A stretch of 64,000 nt of DNA. Origin: an uncultured delta proteobacterium (GTDB taxonomy: Bacteria > Myxococcota_A > Polyangia > Polyangiales > Polyangiaceae). The position numbers and the translations under genes are program-made. Below are positions 1-9,526 of the stretch, in pieces. Below the pieces are notes generated by a model. The model was not told where the DNA came from. It saw only the letters and a list, made by a program, of their open reading frames with translations, and made no database searches. Each line of letters opens with the position of its first letter. Position 1 is the stretch's first letter. Where the stretch lies: the NCBI GenBank assembly GCA_963782055.1, contig CAWAIF010000003.1, positions 3,936,001 through 4,000,000 of the forward strand, given 5' to 3'.

Positions 1-1424
1 ATCACGCGGCGGGTCAGCGTCGGCCACGCGGGCGTGACGCGCGCGGCGAGGGCGCGCTCCACCGCGCCGAGCAGCGCCTCGGGCGTCTCCCCGTCGAAGA
101 GGAAGCCGGTGCCGGTCTCCAGCTTGGCGTCGCAGTCGACCACCGTGTCGACGAGCCCGCCCACCGCGCGCGCGACAGGCGGCGCGCCGTAGCGCTGGCC
201 GTACTGCTGCACCAGGCCGCACGGCTCGTAGCGGCTGGGCACCAGGGTCACGTCGGCGGCGGCGAACATGCGGTGCACGAGCGGCTCGCTCGCCGCGCGC
301 ACGAAGACGGCGCGCGCCCTCCCCGCCTCTTCCCCCGCGGCCGGCGCGTCCAGCGTCCGCGACTTGCCGACCGCCGCCTCCACCTTGGCCACCAGCTCCG
401 GATCGCCATCGCCGGCCACCACCACCTGCGCGTCGGTCGCTTGCAGGATCTTGGGCAGCGCGGCGGCGAGGATGTCGGTGCCCTTCTGGTGCACCATGCG
501 CCCCACGCTCACCAGCACCGGGGCGGTGGGCTCCAGCGCCAGGCCGAGCTCCCGCTGCAGCGCGCCCTTGTCGCGCATCTTGGGGGCGGTGTCCTCGGCG
601 TCGTAGCGCGCGGCGAGCGCGGCGTCGGTCGCCGGGTTCCACACCGAGTAGTCGATGCCGTTCAGGATGCCGACCACACGCGTGGCGCGCGCGCGGACGA
701 CGCCGTCCAGCCCGTGACCGCCCGCCTCGGTCTCCAGCTCGCGCGCGTAGGTGGCGCTCACTGTGGAGACGGCGTCGGCGGTGAGGATGCCCAGCTTGAG
801 GAAGTTCACCTTGCCGTAGAACTCGATGCCGTCGACGTGGAACACGTCCCAGGAGAGGCCGAGCGATGGGAGCGTCTCCTTGGCGAAGACGCCCTGGTGC
901 GCGACGTTGTGCAGGGTGAGCAGCGAGCGCGTCGCCGCGAGCTCGGGCGTCTCCTTCTCGAGGGAGCGCAGGCAGGTGGGCACCAGCGCGGCCGGCCAGT
1001 CGTGGCCGTGCACCACGTCGTAGGGCTGGCCCGTCTGCGCGCGGGCGCGCGCGATCTCCGCGACGGCATGGCAGAAGAGCGCGAAGCGCTGCGCGTTGTC
1101 CGGGTAGTCCTCGCCGTTCTCCCCGTAGACGCCCGCGCGGTCGAAGAGGCCGGGCGCGTCCACCAGGACGATGTCCACCTGCGAGGCGAGGCGGCCGTCG
1201 AAGAGGGTCACCTCGACCGTCTTGTCGCCCATCGTCACCTTCAGCGGGGTGAGGCGGCGGGCGACCAGCAGGCCCCCCGACTCGAACGCGGCGAAGCGCG
1301 GCAGCACGACGGTGACCTTGTGGCCGAGGGCGCGGAGCGCCTTGGGGAGCGCCGCCGCCACGTCGGCCAGGCCGCCGACCTTCACGAAGGGCGCGAGCTC
1401 GGTGCAGGCGAAGAGGATGTCCAT
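1..1424 (-). CDS. glgA: Glycogen/starch synthase (GT5), 3' end runs off the window
   Basis: Read on the minus strand from ATG at 1424: MDILFACTELAPFVKVGGLADVAAALPKAL (KxGGL motif), later HGHDWPA, LTLHNVAHQG and PSRYEPCGLVQQYGQRYG. Not in the ORF track because there is no stop inside the window. Confidence 0.93.
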   Translation of the reverse strand, partial: MDILFACTELAPFVKVGGLADVAAALPKALRALGHKVTVVLPRFAAFESGGLLVARRLTPLKVTMGDKTVEVTLFDGRLASQVDIVLVDAPGLFDRAGVYGENGEDYPDNAQRFALFCHAVAEIARARAQTGQPYDVVHGHDWPAALVPTCLRSLEKETPELAATRSLLTLHNVAHQGVFAKETLPSLGLSWDVFHVDGIEFYGKVNFLKLGILTADAVSTVSATYARELETEAGGHGLDGVVRARATRVVGILNGIDYSVWNPATDAALAARYDAEDTAPKMRDKGALQRELGLALEPTAPVLVSVGRMVHQKGTDILAAALPKILQATDAQVVVAGDGDPELVAKVEAAVGKSRTLDAPAAGEEAGRARAVFVRAASEPLVHRMFAAADVTLVPSRYEPCGLVQQYGQRYGAPPVARAVGGLVDTVVDCDAKLETGTGFLFDGETPEALLGAVERALAARVTPAWPTLTRRV

Positions 1425-1482
1425 GTCGGCCCGGGGTTTAGCATCCTTTGCGTACTCCCGTGGATTGATCTACACGCCTGGG

Positions 1483-2526
1483 GTGACCCGCCTGCGCACC
1501 TCCGAGCATCCCCAGCCCCTGCCGGAGGGGGTGCCGGAGGGGTCGGTGCTCACGGTGTTCCGCGTACCGCCGGAGGTGGCGGGCATGCGCGTGGACGTCT
1601 TCCTCCAGTCGCAGCTCCGCCGCACCAGCCGCACGCGGGCGCAGTTCATCGTGCGGGCCAGCGCCTACGACGCGGAGGGCCGGCGGATGCGCCCGGGTGA
1701 GCGCGTCCGCGCCGACCAGCTCGTCCTGCTGTGGCGCGCGCCGTGGGACGAGGCCGCGGTGCCGACGGAGATCCCCGTCCTGCACGAGGACCCGCACCTG
1801 CTCGCGGTGGACAAGCCCGCCTTCTTGCCGGTGCACCCGACCGCTCGCTACCACAAGAACACCCTCATCAAGCTGCTGCAGGCGGAGCGGCCGGGAGAGT
1901 TCCTGTCGCTCGGCCACCGCATCGATCGCGAGACGAGCGGCGTGCTCCTCGTCGCGCGCTCGGCCCAGTGCGATCGCGAGCTCAAGCGCGCCCTGGAGGC
2001 GCGGGCCGGCATCCACAAGGAGTACGCGGCCATCACGTGGGGCGTGCCGGGCGGCGGTGAGCGCTCCTTCCGCGTGGATCTCCCCCTCGAGCTGGACCCG
2101 GAGAGCTCCTACAAGGTGAAGATGCGCGTGGGGGAGACGGCGCGGGCCCTGCAGGCGGCGACGATCTTCCACGTGGAGGCCACCGCGACCGGCGGCGGGC
2201 GCACCTACGCGCGCGTCCGGTGCGAGCTGCTCACCGGCCGACAGCACCAGATCCGCGTGCACCTCGCGGCGCTCGGTACGCCCATCGTGGGCGACAAGCT
2301 CTACGGCCCCGACGAGACCCTCTTCGCGCGCGGGGCCGACGACGCCCTCACCGAGGACGACCTGCGCGTGCTGGAGCTGCCGCGCCACGCGCTGCACGCG
2401 GCGTCGATGCGCCTTCCCCACCCCATCACCGGCGCGCCCTTGCACGTCCTTGCGCCGACGCCCCCCGACCTGCGCGCCTTCTGGAGCGCGCTCTCCCCCT
2501 CCCGGGGAGAGCAGACCTGGGCGTGA
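1483..2526 (+). CDS. RluA-family RNA pseudouridine synthase
   Basis: Motifs [14 protein letters not shown] and [12 protein letters not shown]...PIVGDKLYG. Likely start is GTG at 1483, since the longer ORF from 1171 overlaps glgA. Confidence 0.9.
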   Translation: MTRLRTSEHPQPLPEGVPEGSVLTVFRVPPEVAGMRVDVFLQSQLRRTSRTRAQFIVRASAYDAEGRRMRPGERVRADQLVLLWRAPWDEAAVPTEIPVLHEDPHLLAVDKPAFLPVHPTARYHKNTLIKLLQAERPGEFLSLGHRIDRETSGVLLVARSAQCDRELKRALEARAGIHKEYAAITWGVPGGGERSFRVDLPLELDPESSYKVKMRVGETARALQAATIFHVEATATGGGRTYARVRCELLTGRQHQIRVHLAALGTPIVGDKLYGPDETLFARGADDALTEDDLRVLELPRHALHAASMRLPHPITGAPLHVLAPTPPDLRAFWSALSPSRGEQTWA

Positions 2527-2530
2527 GCGC

Positions 2531-2827
2531 TCACATCCCGCGCGGGACGCGATCCAGGTCCACCTGGTCCAGCGCCGCGCGGATGAGCGCGCTGCGGTTG
2601 GCCTTGGTCACCCCGCGCGACTTGAGCGCGTCGACCAGCGCGTCCAGGCGCTTGAGGTCCTTGGTGTACATGGAGATGCAGATCACCTTGTAGTGGGAGG
2701 GCTTCTCGGCGCGCGGGGCGGGCCGCGAAGGCGGGGGTCCCTCCGGTCGCGCGGTGTAGAAGCGCCCGCTCAGCACTCCCTCCACCTCGTCAGCATCCAG
2801 CACACTCATCTCGTCGCCCTTGGCCAT
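2531..2827 (-). CDS. Small protein with C-terminal ribbon-helix-helix-like region; probable ParA partner
   Basis: [10 protein letters not shown]... then a Pro-rich linker, then [23 protein letters not shown]...[12 protein letters not shown] (beta-strand, helix, turn 'NRS', helix). Starts 7 bp after the parA stop. Confidence 0.7.
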   Translation of the reverse strand: MAKGDEMSVLDADEVEGVLSGRFYTARPEGPPPSRPAPRAEKPSHYKVICISMYTKDLKRLDALVDALKSRGVTKANRSALIRAALDQVDLDRVPRGM

Positions 2828-2834
2828 GGCACTC

Positions 2835-4082
2835 TCACGCGGACGCGGCCGCGCGCTCCTCGGGGTGATGGCGGCTCGACGCAGGCCCCTCGATGAGGGC
2901 ACGGGCGGTCCGCTCGTAGTCTTCGGCGGCGTGGGAATCGGGCGCGTGCTCGAAGATGGTCTTCCCCTGCGCCGGGGCCTCCTTGATCTTCGTCGCCATG
3001 CGGATGGGCGGCAGGCAGCGGTCGCCGAAGTGCTTCTGCAGCGTCTCCACCGCGTCGCGGCAGATGCGCGCGCGCCCGTCGTAGAAGGTCGGCAGCACGC
3101 CGTAGATCTGCACCGCGTGGTGGAGCAGCGAGTTGACGCTCTTGACCGTCTTGATCACCTGCCGCACCCCCACCAGGGAGAGGAAGTCGCACGCGACCGG
3201 CACCACGATGCCCTCGGCGAAGACCAGCGCGTTCTGGTTGAGCAGGGAGAGCGAGGGGGAGCAGTCCAGGATGACGACGTCGTAGTCGTCGGCGACGTTG
3301 GCGAGGCGGTCGCGCAGGACGCGGTCGCGGTTCTGCCGCCCGGCGAGGTAGAGCTCGGCGGCGGCGAGGGTCTCGTTGGAGGGCAGCACGTCGAAGCCGG
3401 GTCGCACGTTCACCGCGGCGTCGCGCGCGCGCAGGCCCATCACCAGCACGTGGTAGAGGGAGCGCTCGCTCTTGATGCCCAAAGAGACGCCGACGTTGCC
3501 CTGCGAGTCGGTGTCGACGAGCAGCACGCGCGCGCCGTGGCGGGCGAGCCCCGCCGCCAGGTTCACCGAGGTGGTGGTCTTGCCGGTGCCGCCCTTGTGG
3601 TTGAACACGGCCAGACGACGCGGGCCCGCCATGGAGAAACCACGCGGCGGGAGCGGAGGCGCGAGCGAACGAACCGAGGCGCGCGGCGCGCCGCGGAGCG
3701 CCGGCGGCGGCGGAGCGGCCGAGGAGGGGCGAAGGACCGGCGGGAGCTCCTTCTCGCTCTCCGGCGGGATCACCGCGCGCGGCGGCGAGAGCTCGCCCAG
3801 GCGCACGCCCTCCGACTCGGCGAGGAGCTGCGCCCGGCACACCTCGGCGCACGCGTAGCGCCGGGCGCCCTTGACGTGGAGCACCTGCAGCGCGAGCTCC
3901 ACCCGGAAGCTCTTGTGACAGGCGTCGCACACCACCGCGCCCGTGTCCCCGCGCAGGCTCGCCGCGTGGCACTTCTGCGAGCAGAAGAAGGAGAACGCGC
4001 CGTCACGCTCCTCCATCTGGTAGCGGAACTGCATCTCGAACTGGCGCCCGCACACGCTGCAGGCCTCGCACATTCCGGCCAT
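2835..4082 (-). CDS. ParA/Soj-family ATPase with N-terminal tandem Cys-rich (TRASH/zf-FCS-like) domains
   Basis: Deviant Walker A KGGTGKTT, VDTDSQGN, Walker B ILDCSPS. N-terminus has CSVC...FCSQKC and CDAC...YACAEVC. RBS AGGAGAGG upstream of the ATG. Confidence 0.9.
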   Translation of the reverse strand: MAGMCEACSVCGRQFEMQFRYQMEERDGAFSFFCSQKCHAASLRGDTGAVVCDACHKSFRVELALQVLHVKGARRYACAEVCRAQLLAESEGVRLGELSPPRAVIPPESEKELPPVLRPSSAAPPPPALRGAPRASVRSLAPPLPPRGFSMAGPRRLAVFNHKGGTGKTTTSVNLAAGLARHGARVLLVDTDSQGNVGVSLGIKSERSLYHVLVMGLRARDAAVNVRPGFDVLPSNETLAAAELYLAGRQNRDRVLRDRLANVADDYDVVILDCSPSLSLLNQNALVFAEGIVVPVACDFLSLVGVRQVIKTVKSVNSLLHHAVQIYGVLPTFYDGRARICRDAVETLQKHFGDRCLPPIRMATKIKEAPAQGKTIFEHAPDSHAAEDYERTARALIEGPASSRHHPEERAAASA

Positions 4083-4162
4083 GGTCCTCTCCTGACCGGA
4101 CCACCCCTGTCACGGGCGCGATGAGAGGGCCAACTTTCCGAACGCCCGCACCTGGGGGTTGC

Positions 4163-5728
4163 TCAGTGCCTGAAGTGCCGGATGCCGGTGAAGATCATCG
4201 CGAGACCCAGCGCGTCCGCCGCCGCAATCACTTCGGAATCCCGGATGCTGCCGCCGGGCTGCGCCACCGCCTTGACCCCCAGCTTGGCGGCCGCCTCGAT
4301 GCCGTCGGGGAAGGGGAAGAAGGCGTCCGACGCCATCACGCCCCCCTTCGAGAGCTCCCCGGCCTTCTCCCCCGCGATCTGCACCGAGATGACCCGCGAC
4401 ATCTGCCCCGCGCCGACCCCGACGGTCCGCAGCGGCGTCTGCGTCGACGCCAGGACGATCGCGTTGGACTTGACGTGCTTGCAGACCTTCCAGGCGAAGG
4501 CGAGCGCGGCGATCTCCTCCGCGGAGGGCGCGCGCTTGGTGGCGACCTTCCCCTTCTCCACCTCCCCCGCGCCGGTGGCGTCGCGCGTCTGCACGACGAG
4601 GCCCCCGCCCACCCGCTTGTACTGCATCGCCGCGTGGTCGGCCCCCAGCCAGGAGCCGGTGGCCAGCAGGCGGAGGTTCTTCTTGGTGCGCAGCACCTCC
4701 AGCGCCTCCGGCGAGAAGCTGGGGGCGACGACGCACTCCAGAAACGTCTCGATCATCAGCTTCGCGGTCGCCACGTCGACGGACCGGTTGAGCGCCACGA
4801 TGCTCCCGAAGGCGCTCACCGAGTCGGCCTCCCGCGCCAGCTTGTAGACCGCCGGCATGTCCGGGCCCGTCGCCACGCCGCACGGGTTGGTGTGCTTCAC
4901 CACCACCGCGGCCGGCTCGTCATACTCACGTACCGCATCAAGAGCCGCTTCCACATCCACGAGATTGTTGAAGGAAAGCTCCTTGCCTCCGACCCCGAGG
5001 CTCTCCGCTCGAGCCACCGACCCCGGCGCGGCCCCGCGCTCGACGTAGAAGGCGCCGCGCTGGTGCGGGTTCTCCCCGTAGCGCAGGCCGTAGCCCTTCT
5101 CGAAGGGCAAGGTGAGGTAGTGCGGGAACTCCTCCGCCGCGCCGTCGGGCTTGCGGGCCGAGAGGTAGCGGCTGATCGCCGCGTCGTACGCGGCGGTGTG
5201 GGCGAACGCCTTGGCGGCCAGCTCGGCGCGCGTCTCGCCGGAGACCTCCCCCTGCTCCCGGATCTCCCCGAGCACGCGGTCGTAGTCGGACGGGTCGCAC
5301 ACCACCGCGACGCGCGCGTGGTTCTTGGCGGCGGATCGCACCATCGACGGCCCGCCGATGTCGATGTTCTCCACGATCTCCTCGTGGGTGCTCTTCGGGT
5401 TGGAGGCCACCCGCTCGAACGGGTAGAGGTTGACCACGACCAGGTCGATCTCCCGGGCGCCGAGGCGCTCCAGGTCGGCGAGATCGCGCTCCCCGCGTGC
5501 GAGGATGCCGCCGTGGATGCGCGGGTGCAGCGTCTTGACGCGCCCGTCCATCACCTCCGGCGAGCCGGTGTAACTCTCCACCGTCTCCACGGGCACGCCC
5601 TCCGCCGCCAGGGCCTTGGCGGTCCCGCCGCTGGAGAGCAGCGTCACGCCTTTCTCGGCGAGCGCGCGGGCGAAGGGGATGAGGTGCGTCTTGTCCGAAA
5701 CGGAGAGGAGGGCTGTGCGGACGGGCAT
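4163..5728 (-). CDS. purH: Bifunctional AICAR transformylase/IMP cyclohydrolase
   Basis: ALLSVSDK, GRVKTLHP, IDIGGPSMVRSAAKN, LRYGENPHQ, SDAFFPFPD, FTGIRHFRH. Confidence 0.97.
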   Translation of the reverse strand: MPVRTALLSVSDKTHLIPFARALAEKGVTLLSSGGTAKALAAEGVPVETVESYTGSPEVMDGRVKTLHPRIHGGILARGERDLADLERLGAREIDLVVVNLYPFERVASNPKSTHEEIVENIDIGGPSMVRSAAKNHARVAVVCDPSDYDRVLGEIREQGEVSGETRAELAAKAFAHTAAYDAAISRYLSARKPDGAAEEFPHYLTLPFEKGYGLRYGENPHQRGAFYVERGAAPGSVARAESLGVGGKELSFNNLVDVEAALDAVREYDEPAAVVVKHTNPCGVATGPDMPAVYKLAREADSVSAFGSIVALNRSVDVATAKLMIETFLECVVAPSFSPEALEVLRTKKNLRLLATGSWLGADHAAMQYKRVGGGLVVQTRDATGAGEVEKGKVATKRAPSAEEIAALAFAWKVCKHVKSNAIVLASTQTPLRTVGVGAGQMSRVISVQIAGEKAGELSKGGVMASDAFFPFPDGIEAAAKLGVKAVAQPGGSIRDSEVIAAADALGLAMIFTGIRHFRH

Positions 5729-5913
5729 GGACGCGAGGTACCGCCGCGCGCCGCCGCGGTCAACGGACGGCGCCGCCCCGGGACAAAAGAAACGCGGGGA
5801 AACAGGGCCCATCCCTGCTTCCCCGCGCCGATCACCATCAACGAAAGGACCCTAGTAAAGCTCGGCACCCCAGTCCACAACCCGACGCTCGTGCAGCCCG
5901 CGCGAACAACCTC

Positions 5914-6636
5914 TCAGTCGAAGTCCGCGGAGGCGAACTCCTCCGGGTCGAGCACCCGGACCACGTCCGCCGTGCCTCCGGCGGTCTCCGCCTCGTCCAG
6001 GTCGTCGGAGTCCTGGTCGGCCTCCGTCTCTTCCTCTTCCTCGTCGCGCGCCAGCACCGGCAGCCGGCGCTTGCCGACCGGGCCCTCGTCGACGTAGTCG
6101 CGCAGCGCGGCCATGTCGCGCAGCGCCTGGAGCTTGGCGAGGCCCTTGACCTCGACCTGCCGGATGCGCTCGCGCGTCAGGTTCATGATGGCGCCGACCT
6201 CCTCCAGCGTCGTGCCGCCGCGGTCGGCGACGTCCAGGGCGCAGGTCTCGGTCATCTCCCACACCTCGAGGTCGGGGAAGTTCAGCTTGATGGCGCCGGT
6301 CCGCGCCGAGACGTCCAGGTACAGGTGGTGCTTGCACGAGACGAAGGGGCACGGCCGCGCGCCACCCTCGCAGTCGGCGCGGGTGACCGGCCGCTCGACG
6401 CCCTCGACGTCCGGGTAGAGCAGCCGGCCGAGCTCCAGCTCGCGCTTGGTCATGCGCTTGACGCTGATCGTCCGGGCGCGCACGTCGCGCTTGCGGCGCG
6501 AGCGACGCTGCTCGCGCGTCACCGCCGGCTCGTCGTCCGCCACCGTGGTGGTCGCGAGCGCCAGCGCGCCCTGCGTCTGGGGTACGTCCACCCCCACGTC
6601 CCCGCTCACCTGCTCGACCGCGTCCTTCGGATCCAT
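5914..6636 (-). CDS. Sigma-70 region-4-like HTH protein with Cys/His motif (no sigma region 2)
   Basis: [27 protein letters not shown] is a sigma4.2-type HTH. It is preceded by [16 protein letters not shown]...TC and followed by an acidic tail. GGAGG RBS before ATG 6636. Confidence 0.8.
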   Translation of the reverse strand: MDPKDAVEQVSGDVGVDVPQTQGALALATTTVADDEPAVTREQRRSRRKRDVRARTISVKRMTKRELELGRLLYPDVEGVERPVTRADCEGGARPCPFVSCKHHLYLDVSARTGAIKLNFPDLEVWEMTETCALDVADRGGTTLEEVGAIMNLTRERIRQVEVKGLAKLQALRDMAALRDYVDEGPVGKRRLPVLARDEEEEETEADQDSDDLDEAETAGGTADVVRVLDPEEFASADFD

Positions 6637-6874
6637 CGTTGCCTCCCGCTCGTTCACACCCTCGGCACCCTTCGCGGCGAACCACCGCGCACGAAGGACG
6701 GATCGGTCCTGGTCACCGGGTCGGCCGCCTCTGCCTACACCCGGTTACATCACCCTATCTTTTGAAACGAGCGGCGGGACCATCCGCCTGCGCCGCCCGT
6801 GCGCGCACCGCGCGCCGTCACCGAGTTCACGACCCTTCCGGCCGTCGGCCCGCGCAGAGCGCGGGTCCTCAGTT

Positions 6875-7390
6875 CTAGACGGCCTCCCGCTGCAGGCGTG
6901 CCTGCATCGAAAGCCTCGTCTCCACGCTCGACAGCTTCGCCATCAGCTCGGCCGCGAGCGATCTCGCCTCGGTAAGCTCCCTAAGCACCACGCGGGCGTG
7001 GGAATCCTGCCCGCGCTGCGGCTTCGCCGCGGTCGCGAGGGCGGAGAAGACGCGTTCGAGGGCTCGTTCCAGCTCCTCGATGTCCCCACGTACGAACAAG
7101 AACTCTCTCTGAATCTCTTCGATCGTGTACTGCGTCAGCATCGACTTCAGCCGCACGATGCGGCGCACGACGGTCGCCGGATACAGCCCTTGCGAACCGC
7201 GCTGACCTGCCTTGATGGCGACTCGACGGCTCCTCGGCAACAGCCCGAGTTGCACGTACTTGCGAAGGGTGGCCTCGGTGAAGCGGATGTTTCTTCGTGT
7301 GAATAGATCGACGATCTGCTCCGAGGTGATGCCGGCGGCGTGCTCTCGCTCGATGCGCGCGAGCTCGTCGTCGGTCAGCACGTCGGTCAT
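6875..7390 (-). CDS. MerR-like HTH transcriptional regulator
   Basis: TEATLRKYVQLGLLPRSRR...LY...VRRIVRLK...YTIEEIQ fits a MerR winged-HTH, followed by a coiled-coil. Confidence 0.75.
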   Translation of the reverse strand: MTDVLTDDELARIEREHAAGITSEQIVDLFTRRNIRFTEATLRKYVQLGLLPRSRRVAIKAGQRGSQGLYPATVVRRIVRLKSMLTQYTIEEIQREFLFVRGDIEELERALERVFSALATAAKPQRGQDSHARVVLRELTEARSLAAELMAKLSSVETRLSMQARLQREAV

Positions 7391-7508
7391 CGTCCGCCGC
7401 CCTTCGCTCTTTCTGGGCCCGATTCCCGGTCGCGGCATGCTGCTCTCCGCGACCGGATCCCGCGAGGCCCCGAACGGAAGATCCGGGCAGCCTCGCTGAA
7501 CGGTCGCG

Positions 7509-7538
7509 ACTGTATTCTACTCAAAAGATCCGCGTCAA
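7509..7538 (-). promoter_or_regulatory. Candidate sigma-70 promoter for the MerR-like gene
   Basis: Minus strand TTGACG-N18-TACAGT inside an AT-rich intergenic stretch. Confidence 0.35.
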
Positions 7539-7618
7539 TCCATGGACAGGCTTTTTTTTGGGCCATTCCATGATGGAACGGATATCGCGCGCTTAGCCCC
7601 ATGCCATGACGATCAATG

Positions 7619-8611
7619 TCATGGCTTCGGGCTGCTGGCGCGCGCCGGAACGGCCGAGTCGCCGTGGAGGGCGGCGGGCGTCTCGCCGCGCGTGGCGGCG
7701 GCGCGAAGGGGCTCGGGAACGCTGTGCGCCATTGTGCGCAAGATCGAGGCGAGACGCAAAGAACCGAGGTCTCCGGCGCCGAAGGGCGCGAGGGCCCGGA
7801 GGGCGTCGTCGGCGGTGGCGAAGCGGCGGTCACGCTCGTGGGCCAGCAGGCGATCGACGACGGCGGCCAGCTCCCGCTCGACCGAGGGAACGCGCTCGCG
7901 CAGGGGCATGAGCTCGCCGTGGGCGATGGCGCCGAGCTCCTTCATCCCGCGCAGCGGGTGGCACGGCCGCACACCCGCCAGCAGGTCGTAGAGGATCACC
8001 CCCAGGGCGAAGAGGTCGCAGCGCGGGTCGAGCACCTCGCCGCGGACCTGCTCCGGCGCCATGAAGCCGTACTTGCCCTTCACGTGCGAGGGGCGCGTCC
8101 AGCGCACCCTGTCGGCGGCGAGGGCGATGCCGAAGTCGGCGAGCTTGACCTCCCCCTCCCGGGAGACGAGCACGTTGTGGGGGGTCACGTCGCGATGGAC
8201 CAGGCCGGGCAGCGCGCGCTGCACCGCCGCCAGGCCGCGGAGCACGCCGCACGCGACGTGGACGGCGACGCGCGCCGGCAGCCGCGGGTCGGGGGTCTGC
8301 TTGAGCGCCTCCGAGACGCCGCGCAGGTCCAGGCCGTCGATGAGCTCGAGCACCAGGAAGGGGGCGTCGCGGTCGTCCTCGCCGATGTCGTAGAGGGTGA
8401 GGACGTTGGCGTGCCGCACCCGGGAGAGCAGGCGCGCCTCCTCGCGCAGCGCGGCCACCGACTCCGGTGGCATGGTGCCCGAGAGGCGCTTGATGCAGAC
8501 GTCGCGCTCGCCGAAGGGACCGCGCTCCACGGCCCGGAACACGTCACCGCCGGCCCCGCGGCCGAGCCGCGCGCGGAGCTCGTACCGGCCACCCGAGAGA
8601 TGCCTCATCAT
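7619..8611 (-). CDS. Hanks-type Ser/Thr protein kinase (cytoplasmic)
   Basis: LGRGAGGDV, VCIKR, HRDVTPHN, DFG, GKYGFMAPE, DLFALG. Confidence 0.9.
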   Translation of the reverse strand: MMRHLSGGRYELRARLGRGAGGDVFRAVERGPFGERDVCIKRLSGTMPPESVAALREEARLLSRVRHANVLTLYDIGEDDRDAPFLVLELIDGLDLRGVSEALKQTPDPRLPARVAVHVACGVLRGLAAVQRALPGLVHRDVTPHNVLVSREGEVKLADFGIALAADRVRWTRPSHVKGKYGFMAPEQVRGEVLDPRCDLFALGVILYDLLAGVRPCHPLRGMKELGAIAHGELMPLRERVPSVERELAAVVDRLLAHERDRRFATADDALRALAPFGAGDLGSLRLASILRTMAHSVPEPLRAAATRGETPAALHGDSAVPARASSPKP

Positions 8612-8676
8612 GGGGACCTTTCGCCTCGTGTGACGCCCTCGTTGCTCCCTTTCGGCCTGCGGCCTACCCTCCCGCC

Positions 8677-9525
8677 ATGGCGCCCCGAGACCTGGCCGTG
8701 CGCGACTGCGTGACCAAGCGCGCGCGCGTCCGCTACGTCGAGGCAGGCGCGGGGCCGGGGCTGCTCCTCATCCACGACTTTCTCTCCAGCTACAAGGAGC
8801 ACGACAGGCTCCTCGGACCGCTGGCGGAGGAATTTCACGTCATCGCCCCCGACCTGCCCGGCTTCGGAGAGAGCGAGAAGCCGCCGGCGTCGCGCTTCGC
8901 CTACCGCGCGGAGGACTTCGCCGAGTCGATGCTGGACGTGCTGGCGGCGGCGGGCGAGGCGCGGGTCTCGGTCTGCGGGCACGGCCTGGGCGGGGCGGTG
9001 GCGCTGGCCCTGGCGGCGTCGCACCCGCACGTGGTCGACAAGCTGGTGCTGGTGTCGCCGTCGGTGCCGGGGACGCGGCCGGTGGCCCTCGCGCGGGTGG
9101 CGCCGCTGCCTCTGGTGGGGCCGCTGCTCTTCAAGCAGCTCTGGGGGCGGACGCTCTTCGGCGCGCACTTCCACAACCACGTCTTCGGCGGGCAGGCGCG
9201 CACGTGCGCACCGCTCGACGAGCTCTTCTCGCACTTCGACTCCCCGCAGGGCCGGGAGTCGGCCTACGCCACCCTGCTCGCCATGCTGGACGCGCGCTCG
9301 CTGGAGGCGCGGCTGCCGCGGGTGCAGGCGCGCTCGCTGGTGGTGTGGGGACGCGGGGACCGCACCGGGCCGCCGACGCTCGGGAGGAAGGTCGCGCGCG
9401 AGCTGCGGGGCGCGCGGTGCGAGGTGCTGGAGGCGGGCCACTCGCCGGCGGAGGAGGCGCCGGAGGCGATGGCGCGCGTGGTCACGCGCTTCGTGCACGG
9501 CAAGAACAGCGAGAGGGCCGCCTGA
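8677..9525 (+). CDS. Alpha/beta hydrolase-fold protein with an atypical nucleophile elbow
   Basis: APDLPGFGES, elbow GHGLGG (Gly where Ser is expected), WGRGD, AGHSP. Confidence 0.85.
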   Translation: MAPRDLAVRDCVTKRARVRYVEAGAGPGLLLIHDFLSSYKEHDRLLGPLAEEFHVIAPDLPGFGESEKPPASRFAYRAEDFAESMLDVLAAAGEARVSVCGHGLGGAVALALAASHPHVVDKLVLVSPSVPGTRPVALARVAPLPLVGPLLFKQLWGRTLFGAHFHNHVFGGQARTCAPLDELFSHFDSPQGRESAYATLLAMLDARSLEARLPRVQARSLVVWGRGDRTGPPTLGRKVARELRGARCEVLEAGHSPAEEAPEAMARVVTRFVHGKNSERAA

Positions 9526-9526
9526 G

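Noticed and set aside
273..1700. 475-aa plus-strand ORF
   Set aside because: Antisense shadow of glgA, with no recognisable motifs.
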